In this document: piece by piece, positions 27,750-40,455 of the stretch
Numbering within the stretch: position 1 is the first letter of the stretch
Layout of the letters: the number at the start of each line of letters is the position of its first letter
Origin: Octopus vulgaris
Taxonomy: Eukaryota
DNA: 64,000 nucleotides
NCBI GenBank assembly: GCA_951406725.2
Contig: OX597817.1
Coordinates: forward strand, 71,362,001 to 71,426,000
Reading direction: 5' to 3'
The notes under the pieces: generated by a model
Databases searched by the model: none
The model's input: the letters and a program-made list of their open reading frames with translations, nothing else
Told to the model about the DNA's origin: nothing
Program-made: the position numbers and the translations under genes

Positions 27750-27849
27750 TGACGGTGGTTGTGGTGGTAACAGTGGTTGTTTGTGGTTAAGGATGTGGTG
27801 ACGGTGTTGATGGTGGTGTTGGTGGTGGTGATGGTGGCAGTAGTGGCCG

Positions 27850-27928
<79 letters not shown>

Positions 27929-28480
27929 GGTGGTGGTGGTGGTGGTGGTGGTGGTGGTGGTGTTAGCGGTGACGGTTGCTATTGTGGTGTAAACTGTGTT
28001 GTCGGTGTTGGTGGTGGTGATGATGTGGTTGTGAAGACCGTTGTTGCTGTGGTCGTGATTGCTGTTGTTATTGATGTTGTTTTTGCTGTTGTTGTTGTTG
28101 TTGCTGTGGTGGTGGTGGTGGTGGTGGTGGTGGTAGTGAAGGAGGTGAGGAAGATGGTGATAGTGATGGTTGTTGTTACTATCGTAGCAGTGGTGGTGAC
28201 GAAGCTGATGGTAGTGATGATAGTGATGGCGACGTGCATGTTCTTGCTGCTGCAGTAGTAGAAGGTTGGAATTAGTGTGGTGGAGGTTGTGGCGGTGATG
28301 GTGGAAAGTGTTAGTAGTGATAGTAGAAATGGTTGTTGTTAAAGTTTGGGTACTGGTAGTGGTGGAAGTGGTGGTGGTGGTAGTGGTGGTAGTTGTGGTA
28401 GTGGTAGTGGTAGTAGTGGTGGTAGTAGTGGTGGTAGTAGTAGTGGTGGTGGTGGTGGTGGTGGTGGTGGTGGTAGTGGT
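27750..28480. repeat. (GTT)n/(GGT)n/(GTA)n low-complexity tract
   Basis: Directly visible; source of the poly-Val and poly-Thr ORFs. Confidence 0.92.
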
Positions 28481-29302
28481 TTCAGCTATTTTGCTACGTG
28501 TTCTGTGAATATTTTCTTCTAATTCAGTGTAACAAAGTAAAACACGATGGGTGCAAGCATGGAAGATGTGATTAAGAAGTTCAATTTTAAATTACATGAT
28601 TCTAGGTTCAATCCTACCTCAAAGCGTGTAAGCCAACAACTGACGTTTAGCCTTGCCGTGTGTCGACCAAATCCTTATGAGTGAATTTGGGTAGACAGAA
28701 ACTGGGTGGTAACGCTGGGTTGAATGTAAAATAGGTACCCAGCTACCTGGTTATAAACCACCACCCGATTTTATTCATACAAGCATTCAAGCCAGATCGT
28801 AGTTCACAGGAATCTCAGTGTCTCAGTGTTTCGATTACTACCTTACCAATCTGTGATATTTGGTTTCTTTTTTCCTTTCATACTTCATAAATATTGAAGA
28901 CTGTGTAAACACTCATAACCGCTCGCTCACCTATTCTAACTAAATCATTAAGTCAGAAACTCAGGAGTGAGAAAGACTAAGAGAAAGAGCGATAAAGTTA
29001 AGATGGAGTGAGAGTTGAAACAGCGAAACGCTTTTCGTATATTCCCATGTTGTTCACTGGACTCAATAATGTCGGGTTATTTTGCACAAAAATCTTTAAG
29101 TAAAAAGAAGTGCTTGGTTACTTATCGCTAGCAGGATGGATTATGACTACATATACAAACAGCTATCATATATACTCCTATGTTGTGCGCTGGTCTCTAT
29201 AAAGCCGAATCAGTTTACACAGAAGTCTTTCAACAAAATAAGTGGTTAGTTACATAACGCTAATTTGATAGGCTATTACTACATATACAGGTTATATATA
29301 TA

Positions 29303-29623
29303 CTAGTGTACCCGTGCCATCAGAAATGACTGCATGAAAATAATATGGAAAATAAATTTAAAATAAAAACATTACAACCTTTATCTCGGTAATTGCCTCA
29401 ATACCACGTTTCTAGTGAAAACCCTACCAGCAATGAGTTCGCCTTGTTTTCAGTATTAATTAATTCTTACATTCTTCTTCTCAATGTTCTCTCTCTTTCG
29501 ATTTCTCTCCTTTGTGTTGCTTCCTCTTCCGTTTTATCTTGTCACCTTTGCGATGCTCTTGTTCTTAGATATTCTCTCCTCACTGCTGCTTGCTCTTCTG
29601 TTTCATCTCGGCGCTTTTGTGCT

Positions 29624-29662
<39 letters not shown>

Positions 29663-29956
29663 TTGGATATCTCTCCTTTGTGCAATTTGGTGTTCCTTTT
29701 CATTTTGACGTCTTCGAGCCTGTCTTCTTGCATCTTGTGCTCATCTCTCTTGTCTCACTTCTTGTGATTGATTTAATAACCTTAATGTATTGTCTAATCT
29801 TCTTGCGGCCAGTTCTTCCTGAGCGAGACTGGCTGTTCTTCGCCTTTGTCTCTCTCTCTCTGGCTAACCGTTGCTTTCTGTCTGATTTATTCTCCATAGT
29901 AGGTGGACGAGTATATTCAATACAACAGAACACAAACTTCAAAACAAATGAATATA

Positions 29957-30026
<70 letters not shown>

Positions 30027-31165
30027 CGTTAGTTTGTTTCTATTTCTATACGTAACCATACAAAGTCTAAAATTACACAGAATTACATTAACGGCATACA
30101 CACTGAGACATTATATTTTTCCAGCAACGTCTACGCGTTCTCTTATCTCTGTCTGTCTCTATCTCTCTCTCTCTCTCTCTCGCTCTCTCACTCATTACCA
30201 CCTGAAACGGGAAAAGATCTTGAAGACAAATTTCACCGCCTTCGCAAAATTCTTCATTCATAAATATTTACAAACATCGCTGTAGCGGCAAGCATTTGTA
30301 AATACTTATAATTACCTTCCTTTTATATTTAGCTTTCTTTAAACAGACAATATTATCAAGCTTTCTTTCAAGAGACAATATTTTAATTTTATGACTTAAA
30401 AATGACTACTTATTTACTTATCTTATATTCTATTAACTTTGTAACTTTTTAAGCAGAAAAATTTTCCAGAATAGTCAAACATCCATAGAGATGCAGAAAA
30501 AATAATTTTGAGGTGCAAAAATCTTATTTACTTATTTTATATATTGTTAATAATGTTTACCTGAAAAATAATCAACGTTCATCGAATAAGAATGAATATG
30601 TTGTTGAAAGAGAGTGAGAGAGAGAGAGAGAATAGAGAGAGAGAGAATAGAGAGAGAGAGAGAATAGAGAGAGAGAGTGAGTGAAAGAGAGAGAGAATAG
30701 AGAGAGAGTGAGTGAAAGAGAGAAAGAGAGAATAGAGAGAGAGTGAGTGAGAGAGAGAGAGAGAGAATAGAGAAAGAGTGAGTGAAAGAGAGAGAGAATA
30801 GAGAGAGAGTGAGTGAAAGAGAGAAAGAGAGAATAGAGAGAGAGTGAGTGAAAGAGAGAAAGAGAGAATAGAGAGAGAGTGAGTGAAAGAGAGAAAGAGA
30901 GAATAGAGAGAGAGTGAGTGAAAGAGAGAAAGAGAGAATAGAGAGAGAGAGTGAGTGAGTGAAAGAGAGAGAGAGAGAGAAGATGTGAGAGAAAGAAAAA
31001 GAGAGAGGGTGTGAGAGAAAGAGAGAGAGAGGCGCTATTTGATGCACTCCCTCTCTCATTGTTATTACCATTTTGTCTCCTCTTTTTTTTACTCTTACTT
31101 ACTCTACTACTCCTTTATTGCATGATTTTGGACAAACTAACAAACAAGCTCATTATTATAATAGA
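29303..31165 (-). mobile_element. Non-autonomous Helitron (about 1.86 kb) with both termini
   Basis: 5' A|TCTATTATAATAATG at 31165; 3' hairpin TGCAGTCA-TTTC-TGATGGCA then CGGGTACA-CTAG|T at 29303; internal minus-strand peptide AAQKRRDETEEQAAVRREYLRTRASQR resembles the ET-x-EQ repeats at RepHel N-termini. Confidence 0.7.
30608..31030. repeat. Purine-rich minisatellite, about 32-bp unit (GAGAATAGAGAGAGAGTGAGTGAAAGAGAGAAA-like)
   Basis: About 10 higher-order units built from (GA)n; gives the SLSLFHSLSL pseudo-ORF. Confidence 0.9.
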
Positions 31166-31409
31166 TTATCCTTACATAAAAAGTAGAACTGACTAACTTT
31201 ATTTTAAATGTTCATTCATTTTCTTTTACAGTTTTGTTACTGTGCTGTAAATATTCAATATTGATTACATTCATTTAAAATTTATGTTAACAAAACAAAA
31301 ACAGCCAGTATGATGTAGTAGCGTATAAAATGCTTTTGTCACTTAACTTATGTTATATACTTACAAATAACCAATTAAGCAAGTTGCCTCACCTAGATCC
31401 GATATTTAC

Positions 31410-31453
<44 letters not shown>

Positions 31454-31454
<1 letters not shown>

Positions 31455-32055
31455 TGACAAATGGTATAAACACCATCCTGAAGCTGTGACTGAGGGAGAA
31501 AATGTGTCGATTCTATGGGACTTGCCCGTACATACCGACAAAATTATAAAAGCTAATAAACCGGATATTATTATAAAAGATCAGACAAAAAAGGTGTGTT
31601 TATTAATTGACATGAGTATTCCTTGCGATCACAATATAGCGGCGAAAGAATTTGACAAGATCAGTAAATATAAAGACTTGCTAATAGAAATTGAAAAAAA
31701 ATGTGGCATCTCAAGGCGACTATAGTACCAGTGATTGTAGGATCACTAATAATGATTTTAAAAACTGGCCCTGAAACCTATTTGAAAATGATACCAGACT
31801 TTCCATCCCTACAGGAAGTGCAAAAAATCGTGTTAAATGGAACGACTCATGTACTGAGAAGAGCATTATCGCTGTAAAAACAACAGCCATTCATGAATTT
31901 ATTTATTCAATAATTTTTTAAATGCATATTTTTACCTGTGAATTTGCGTGTGTAATCTGGGAATGCATACAATGAGCTTCTCTGCCCTAGGTGTAGGGAA
32001 AACACTCGGCGAGAAACGGAAGAAAATTTGAAGAAAGAAGAAAAAAAAATAATAA
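31454..32055 (+). mobile_element. 5'-truncated R4/Dong-type LINE 3' end (endonuclease domain plus 3' UTR)
   Basis: WYKHHPEAVTEGENVSILWDLPVHTDKIIKANKPDIIIKD..LLIDMSIP..KEFDKISKYKDL, then frameshifted IVPVIVGSL..VQKIVLNGTTHVLRRALSL*; preceded by (TAA)n 31411-31453, ends in A-run plus TAATAA. Confidence 0.9.
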
Positions 32056-32056
32056 A

Positions 32057-32890
32057 GATTGCCTTAATGGAAGAATAATACCAGATTGGATGACTAGAGG
32101 GAGCATAATGCTCCATATGAAAGATAAAAACAAGAGCAATACAGCTAGCAATTATAGACCAATCACTTGTATACCATTAGCGAGGAAGCTGTTAACAGGA
32201 ATGCTTTCAGAAAGCATTAACGAGCACCTTGACAACCAGAGTTTACTGCCAGAAGAACAGAAGGGTTACAGGAAAACGGGCTAGAGGAATGCACGATCTA
32301 TTATACATAGTTAAAGCAGTTTTAAATTAAGTAAAAGCTACAAAGAAAAATATATGGATAGATTATAAGAAAGCCTATGACTTAAGCCCACGCTCATGGA
32401 TAAATGAATGTTTGAATATATTCAGCATAGTAGACAACATACGAGAATTAACTAGCTGTAGCATGAAGAAATGGAAAGTAGATCTCAACTCAGGTGACAC
32501 AGTCTTAGGAAAAGTTAATATCAAGAAAGGAATTTTCCAAGGAGACTCGTTATTCCCTTTAATATTTGTCTTATGTTTGATCCCCCTCAGTTTAGTATTA
32601 AGGAAGGCAAAGACAGGGTGTCAGTTCAGAAATAATACGAGGAAAATTAACCATTTGCTCTACATGGATGATCTGAAGCTTTTTAGTAAGAATATGAGAA
32701 AGATAGATTCATTAATACAGACTATAAGACTCTTCAGCAAAGATATAGACATGGAATTCGGCATAGATAAATGTGCAATATTAGTCATGAGAAGGGAACA
32801 GGTAGAATTATTGAAAGGTGGAGAGAGTTATAAGTATCTAGGAGTATTAAAATCTGACGGAGTTCTAACTACAGAAATGAAAACGCACAG
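32057..32890 (+). pseudogene. Decayed reverse transcriptase of an R4/Dong-type LINE
   Basis: NYRPITC, EEQKG, WIDYKKAYD, GIFQGDSL, HLLYMDDLKL, MEFGIDKC and YKYLG motifs across frameshifts (ORFs 32090-32284 and 32412-32918). Confidence 0.93.
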
Positions 32891-32951
32891 GAGTACATCA
32901 GAAATATCAAGACTGTGACAAGAAAAAACATTGCATAGGCAATACTCCAAA

Positions 32952-33004
32952 TGACCTGAGGAAGCTGATGTAGATAGGAGAAAAACCCATCAGTGACGGC
33001 GGAG
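32952..33004 (+). ncRNA. Degenerate hammerhead-like motif next to (TA)n
   Basis: CTGAGGA-A-GCTGATG...CATCAGT-GACG: first core box and 7-bp helix II present, GAAA box mutated. Confidence 0.35.
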
Positions 33005-33087
<83 letters not shown>

Positions 33088-33299
33088 CAAATAGTGAGAA
33101 ATTATCAATCCAGACAAAATATTTTATAAGCTTTCTGTTGGCACACCAGGCTAACAATATTACTTAGATTAGTGAAGAACTCCATGTAACCTTGTAATAG
33201 AGTCCAAGGTTATGGTTCCTCACAATTCTATATTATAACCAGTTTATACATATATACATACACACACACACACACACACACACACTTGCTTCTGAATAT

Positions 33300-33505
33300 T
33301 AGTGTTTGTCAAATATCCACCGCCGTTTGCAACCGGTGTTGGTTTGTTTACGTATCTAGCGGTTCGGTTAAAGGGCCCGCTGGAATAAGTAGCAAGCTTA
33401 AGAAAAATATTTACTAGTGTCGATTTGTTCGGCTAAATCCTTCAAGGCGATGCCTTAGTACGGCTGCTTTCCAATGACTGAAACCAATAAGATAAATAAT
33501 AAAGA
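33300..33505 (+). mobile_element. SINE family B, 3' half, diverged
   Basis: CAACCGGTGTTGGTTTGTTTACG...TAGCGGTTCGG...CCAATGACTGAAAC matches 8750-8930. Confidence 0.7.
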
Positions 33506-34028
33506 AAGATACAAATGTGTGCGTCTGTGCATCTATGTATATTCATGTACGTATGTATGTGTATGTGTGGGGGTCTGTTTATCTATGCATGATTCAATAC
33601 TTATCATTCTTGTATAATGTTGTTCTTGTTGCTACAAGAACATTATGCAAAATAATAGATAAATATTTAAAAAATAATACATACGAAGAGACAAAAAAGT
33701 ATTTGGAATATTCATATAAACTTTAACTAAGTATGCACACGATGAGATATTGCGTCTCAAATGCCTAATTTCTGTATTTATTTTATTTTTGTTATTATTC
33801 ACTTTTGTTCCCTCCATTCCAAACCAGTAACTCAACTCACTGACTTTTCGATTTCAAAAGAGCTTTCTATGGAGAAGTCTTTCAGCAGAAAGATTTATTG
33901 ATTGTTCCCGAATGTTGGTTCTATATCGAGAAATCCGATCTGCAGCTCTGCTATGAAATATGATGTGTGTGTGTGTATGAATGTATGTATTTTTAAAGCA
34001 TATATACGCATATATTATAACACATACA

Positions 34029-34059
<31 letters not shown>

Positions 34060-34069
34060 CATACATACA

Positions 34070-34104
<35 letters not shown>

Positions 34105-34165
34105 GTATATATATATATATATGTATATATATATGTATGTATGTATGTATGTATTATGTATACAC

Positions 34166-34279
<114 letters not shown>

Positions 34280-34459
34280 GGAAGGACGTGCATATAAATA
34301 TACAAGTGGGTGGGTACAAGAAAGCGGGTACTATCACTTTGGGTCACGCAGCGATAACTACGAATAAGTATGTGGCCATAAAAACCGAAAATTTCCTTTT
34401 TACAAACGCTCATCTCACGCAGGCAAAACAGATACACCTATGCGTATGTATACGTGCGC

Positions 34460-34498
<39 letters not shown>

Positions 34499-35126
34499 GT
34501 ACATACATATACATGTGTTTATTCCTCTCTCTCTCTCTCCCACACACTCTCCCACCTGCCTCTCACACTCCCACTGCCTCTATGAATATATATATATATA
34601 TATATATCTAGAGAGAGAGAGATGCAAACATACGTGTGTATTCATCTCTTTCCCTCCCTCTTGCCCTCCCTCTCTTTCTCTCTGTATGTATATATATACT
34701 TATAAATATAAATCCCCCTCTCTCTCTCCTCTCCCCCTCTGTGTCTCAGAGATAGAATGCAAAGAAAAGAAAAAAAACGATAATGTAAGAGTGTGTTGAG
34801 GAGAGTGGGTATATCTGAGTTTTATTATAAGATTAGTGATCTATCTTTATCAACCACATCCACTTCATTCCTATGAAAATTTGCTGCTTCTTCTCTATAC
34901 TGAAAACCATAAAACTGTATGTATAGCTAGGATCAAAGTTTATGAATGTAAAAGAGTAATTTTATCACTACATACACACACACACACGCAAAAAATCACA
35001 CACAATATTTTACGTAGTCATACTAGCATACACACACTCATGCACCCATCTCAATATAAGTGTGAATAGATAACGAAAACGAAGTCTGGCGGTTATCTGT
35101 GAACATTAGCTCCTCTATTATTCATA

Positions 35127-35189
<63 letters not shown>

Positions 35190-35192
<3 letters not shown>

Positions 35193-36415
35193 TGGTTGAA
35201 CAAAATAATGGAAACGCCTTAAAATTCCAAACAAATTTATTTTAATATAGAGTAGGACCGCCTTTGGCAGTAATTACAGCTTGAATTCTATGAGGTATTG
35301 AGCTCGTACAAAGTTTGAATTGTTTCCAAAGGAATTTTGGTCCATTCTTCAGCTAAAACTGTCTCCAGTTCTTGTGGTGATGATAGTGAAGGATATCGAC
35401 TCTTTACTTGTTTTTGTAAAATGCACCATAAATGTTCCATAATATTGAGATCTGGGGACTGTGGTGTCCAGATAAGATGTTCAACTTCCCTAGACTGCTC
35501 CTTGTGCGGCTTTAGCTGTGTGAATCGGTGCATTTTCATCCTGAAAGATTGCGTTTCCCTCCAGAAACAGGATGAATTTGATGAGATAAAATGTTTAAAT
35601 AGTCTTGACTATTAATTCTGCCATGAAGGGAAACCATTGGGCCAGCGGATTTCCATGGATCCTCCTCCATGTTTAACAGTTGGAAGAAGGCAGTCTGGGT
35701 CAAATACTTCTTTTGGCTGTCTTCACACGTATAGTCGGCCGGTGGTCGGAAATAGGGTAAAGGATGACTCGTCCGAGAAAATAACATTCTTCCACTGCTC
35801 TAGGGAGCAATTCTGTAGGTTTTTACTTCACTCTAAATGCTTTGCAACATTTGTTTTTTAAAGGAGTGGTTTTCTGATTGTAGCCCTCCCTTGGAATCCG
35901 GCTTTGTGCATCTCCTGGTGAAGAGTTTTTGTGGAAACTGGGTTCTCGAGGTGATCATTAAGCTCTGCAGAAAATTTTGGGCCTGTAATTTTGTGATCCT
36001 TCCTAACAATTCGCATAAGAGGCCGACGGCCCCTATTTGAAAGTTTTGGTTTTCTTCTGGAGTTTTGTTTCGACGAGAAGGTTTTTTCCCCCTTTCTCAA
36101 AGGCTGTCATTACTTTTGATACAGTACTTCTTGATACACCAAACATTTCGGCTGTTTTCGTTATGCTAGCGCCTACAATACGAGCACCAACAATTTGACC
36201 TCTTTGAAAGTCCGATATATCTGTCATTTTAATGAATTTTAATTACCTTTTCCTGGTGATATCTGAAAAGAAGCAGCAATTTTAACAAAACATATTAAGC
36301 AACACTACTAAAAATCAAAAAACATGAAAATAAACAAGCTTTTGATGGTTTTATAGATATTTCAAGATTACGATACTATGATGTTAGGTGTTTCCATTAT
36401 TTTGTTCAACTCCTG
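35190..36415 (-). mobile_element. Tc1-family DNA transposon, near full length (about 1.23 kb)
   Basis: 30-bp TIRs CAG(TG/GA)GTTGAACAAAATAATGGAAAC(G/A)CCT (27/30 match), left end abuts (TA)n. Confidence 0.95.
35288..36227 (-). pseudogene. Frameshifted Tc1 (DD34E-type) transposase
   Basis: HTH region MTDISDFQRGQIVGAR..FGVSRSTVSKV, RKPLL, VIFSDESSF, FQDENAPIH and WTPQSPDLNIMEHLW spread over several frames. Confidence 0.93.
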
Positions 36416-36424
36416 TGAATATGC

Positions 36425-36457
<33 letters not shown>

Positions 36458-36879
36458 TGTATGTATGTATGTATGTATGTATGTATGCATGTAGAAACGC
36501 CCAATAGAAATGCCCAATAATATCCTCTTATGGAAATTTCGAGATGTCTAGCTACCGTTACAAGCAGTCATTCCTCTCGGGAAATGTTTGGTTTTATATA
36601 TCGAGCCCTGCAGTGCATCAACCTTTGGTCAAGTAATATCCCATAGAATTTAATAGTTGGAATTTAGGGTTTGCAATATTTTTAACTATTGAAAGTACTT
36701 TTACCCATAAGAGTCGACCTTATCGATAAATAATGAGTAGTTTTACCAGCAGCTTCTTTCACATTTCTTTTCATGACACGTATCTAAAGACTTACGCTGT
36801 ATGTGATTGAATAGCATTATATATGTGTTTGTGTTCATGCATCCGTGCATGCGTGCGCAAGTATGTATATGTGTGTGTT

Positions 36880-37058
36880 GAGTCGAAACAGGGGCAACTG
36901 AAGAAGAGGGATGTTCCTTGTGTTGTTTGTCTTGTACTCTGTTTTTCTTTTCGTTGTTAAAAAAAGTCCGTTTCCTTGTTTGGTTTTATGTTTTCGCTTC
37001 TCGTTGTGTTCTACGTTTATTTGTGGTGTCCTGTACTCATATATGCATGTATATATAC
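36880..37058 (+). mobile_element. Penelope-like terminal-repeat remnant
   Basis: Inverted homolog of 17452-17580. Confidence 0.5.
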
Positions 37059-37170
37059 ATATAGATGTAGGTATGTACATATATGTATGTATGTATGCAT
37101 ATGTTTTATTTATTAAGTTGTTATTATATGATCGAACACCACGCATCGTTTTCTTCTTCTTCCAAGTAAG

Positions 37171-37203
<33 letters not shown>

Positions 37204-37216
37204 AATACATATATAG

Positions 37217-37890
37217 AATATACAAAAATGGGATAGAATGCAAGACATCCAGACAGTTAGGCGATACAAAAAAAGGGACAACAAAACATCCAGACAGACG
37301 ATACAAGGAAAACAAGGGGGTGGTCATTCGGAGTTTTCTATCATCAGTCGAGTTTCAGATTATCTCTTCAATTTCGGCTGGTTATACTCAAAATTGCTCC
37401 AATCTGGCCAGCCCCAACGAAAAACTAAGCTAAGAGCATTAGATTCCTTGAAAGAAAGCAGCGAATGTATACGAAAACAAGGGCGGGAAAAAAACGGAGA
37501 AATGTTACACAAATACAAATGCAAATAACAGGACATCACAACAGGGGTAAATTAAGCTGACGTGTGAGGGAGTAAAGCCATACGGCAGGGACATACGATT
37601 AGACAGGCACAGGGGAGAATATAGATGTTGCACGGATGGTTGTCAAACCAAGAAAGAAAGGTCAGGGTTGGCCGAACACCGGTCACGTGGAGAGAGAAGA
37701 GAGAGAGGTTGAGGCAGACGGATAGAAGAATTAAGGAGTGGCGAGAAAAAATAAAAGGGACACGGTGAAGTGAAAGAGGAGGGAAAGTGAGCGTGAAGAG
37801 AAGGCCAGGAAATGTGAGAGAGGGGGAACGAAAGAACGAAGAGTGGAATGAACAAAGTGTGGAAAGGCTGATAGAAAGAAGGAAAGAATG
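37217..37890 (-). mobile_element. TA-flanked interspersed repeat, probably Penelope-like
   Basis: Bounded by (TA)n on both sides; minus strand has decayed CTGATGA...CCGAA near 37325-37350; class is inference. Confidence 0.4.
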
Positions 37891-37959
37891 ATTCGCTTAT
37901 ATATATATATATATATATGCAAATTTACATATGTGTGTATACTTACATATATGCATATT

Positions 37960-38000
<41 letters not shown>

Positions 38001-38022
38001 CATATGTATATTTATGCAAATA

Positions 38023-38078
<56 letters not shown>

Positions 38079-38511
38079 TATATATAACATATATATATGT
38101 ACACATACGCGCGTACGTACATACATACATGCATACACACATACATGCACACACACTTTTACACTCGCACACTCACTCACACACATACATACATACACAC
38201 ACAACACACACACAAACAAACAAACAAACAAACAAACGGGTATTCGAACAACGCATACATATAACGTATATATAGTATAGGATTTTGTGTATGCTTGCTT
38301 TCCCAAATTATTTCTGCTTTCCGTCCCTTCCTCTCGCAAATTCCCTTACACTACCCCGCAACCCCACCACCATCGATACTATCATATCAAAGATCTGAAA
38401 GATCTAAGAGTCTGTGGCGACATGTAACTTGACTGCTAAAAGTCATGGTATCATAGATAAATTGATTCTTCTTGGAACATTCTTCTTATAGATATATCTC
38501 TACCGCCACCT

Positions 38512-38728
38512 ATGCAAGCCATAATACAAAGCACAAACAACGGAGTGTGTCAATGGCTGCTCAACCAGTGTGGTTGCATCTCCGTCGCGGCTAGAACTTC
38601 TAAAAAAATTAGTCAACGACTGAGCCTTAACATGGCTCCCTCGTGGCTCCTTCGTGTATCTCTCTTTGTTTACTGTTTGGCTACATATATTCGACCTACG
38701 AGAACAGCGGCGAACGGAAGAGAGAGGG
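38512..38728 (+). CDS. Weak candidate first coding exon with signal-peptide-like stretch
   Basis: Acceptor-like TTCTTCTTATAG ends 38491; CCGCCACCT-ATG at 38512; in-frame MAPSWLLRVSLFVYCLATYI from 38632; weak donor G|GTATCT that overlaps the start of an old repeat. Confidence 0.2.
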
Positions 38729-38932
38729 GTATCTGATACGTGACATCTCGACCTGGTAGAAATAGCAGGCAAATATGCCCAACATCACACTGTACTCTTA
38801 ATAAAAAAAGTAAAATTTATCCTAGATACATGTCTGAGTGAAAGACGGGATGGATACAACTTGAATGGTTTTGATCGTAGATCTGCATGACAGCGCTGAC
38901 CCGAGGCTTAACATTAACCATAACATTATACG

Positions 38933-39014
<82 letters not shown>

Positions 39015-39069
39015 TAAATGCATATAAGTATTATAATATGATATAAATGTTAATAAATATAATATAACG

Positions 39070-39458
39070 TCCTGAGTTGATTTGCTAGACGGAAACTGAA
39101 AGGAGTCCGTCTATATATTTGCCCACCACCACCGCTTGACAACCGCTGCTGGTGTGTTTGCTTCCCCCGTAACTTAGCGTTTCGGCAAAATATACAGATA
39201 GAATAAATACTAAGCTTAAAAAGAATAAGTCCTGGGGTCGGTTTCTTCGACCAAAACCTTTAAGGCGGTGATCCAGCATGGCCGCAGTCAAATGACTGAA
39301 GTATGTAAAAGAATGGAAGAAAAGTGAAAGAATATGGGTGAAGTCACGTGGCCTAGTGGCTATGGTTGCACTCACGATCGCCAGGTCATAGTTTCGATTT
39401 CCAGACCGGGTAGTGTGTTGTGTTCTTGAGCAAAACACTTTATTTCATATTGCTCTAG
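39070..39458 (+). mobile_element. SINE family B 3' part (39070-39330) followed by a family C-related tRNA head (39338-39458)
   Basis: TAGACGGAAACTGAAAG...CCAGCATGGCCGCAGTCAAATGACTGAA; then GTGGCCTAGTGG...GTTTCGATTTCCAGACCGGG. Confidence 0.8.
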
Positions 39459-40063
39459 TGTTGTGTGGAGACTGCCAAAGAATAGACCCAATGTTTCCTC
39501 TACGTGTGGTAAAAAGCGACTTATAGAGGTTTGATGTAGGATTTGCACTCCGGCCTCGTAAAGCCCTCACCAACAACGATTGCCCAACCAGACCCATGGG
39601 TTGGTGTTTTTGTCGCCCGAGTTTCGCAAAAGTGTTCATCCGCGAGGAGCAGGGAATCGCCAACTAACAGTGAGTGTGCATGTGTGTGTAAATTTAAATA
39701 TAACGCATGCGCAGCGATAACAGGTTTTATTATTTTATTATTGTTTTAAGTAACACTCATTAATTTTGCAGGTCTATTCCCAGAGTTTTGAGATTGATGT
39801 GGATGATATAGACGAAACCACGTAATAATAATTACTAACACAAAGACAAAACCTCACTTGGAAATGGGTTGTATTGTGGATTAACTCGATCCTAGTATTT
39901 GACTGGTGCTTGTGTCATTGCATGCGCAAAATGATGAAAAACATAACTGCCTTTGGTGGGATTCGAACTCAAAACAAAAATGCTAATTAAGCATTTTGAG
40001 ACATTTAATCCAGAAGTTTATGTATGGATTCTGCTAGTCACTGTTCTTTAGATAAAGGTCAAA

Positions 40064-40455
40064 TCTTTATATATAAAAGTAAAATGTATGCATATTGGTT
40101 TCAAATTTTGGCACAAGGCAAGCAATTTCGGCAGGGGTGGGGAGTAAATCGATTACATCGACCCCAGTGTTCAACAGATACTTATTTTATCGAACTCGAA
40201 AGGCTGAAATGCAAAATCAACTTCGGTGGAATTATGTAAAGATGGATAAAATGCCGCTAAGCATTTTTCCCGCTGTACTAACGATTCTGTCAGCTCGCCG
40301 CCTTAAAATGTATGCATACTGTAAGTTGTTTTGCGCAGTTTTGCGCCAAGGTGTCTGCAATTTTTCACAGAGGAACATCTTTGAAAGAGCTCATATGTTA
40401 TGTGACTTTACTGTTATTTTCTAGAAACCCAAGCAAGGTAGGGTACTGCTGCTTG
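40064..40455 (+). mobile_element. Possible small non-autonomous Helitron interrupted by a SINE
   Basis: 5' A|TCTTTATATATAAAAG; 3' CCCAAGCAAGGTAGGG-TACTGCTG-CTTG|T as decayed hairpin plus CTAG. Confidence 0.4.
40095..40303 (-). mobile_element. SINE family A monomer
   Basis: 15-bp TSD TAAAATGTATGCATA at 40080-40094 and 40304-40318. Confidence 0.92.

Noticed and set aside
27777-28508. Poly-Val membrane-like ORFs
   Set aside because: (GTT/GTG/GTA)n repeats.
39772-39825. Terminal-exon-like TTTTGCAG|VYSQSFEIDVDDIDETT*
   Set aside because: The only nearby donor (about 39670) lies in repeat-like sequence without a start; too short to support.
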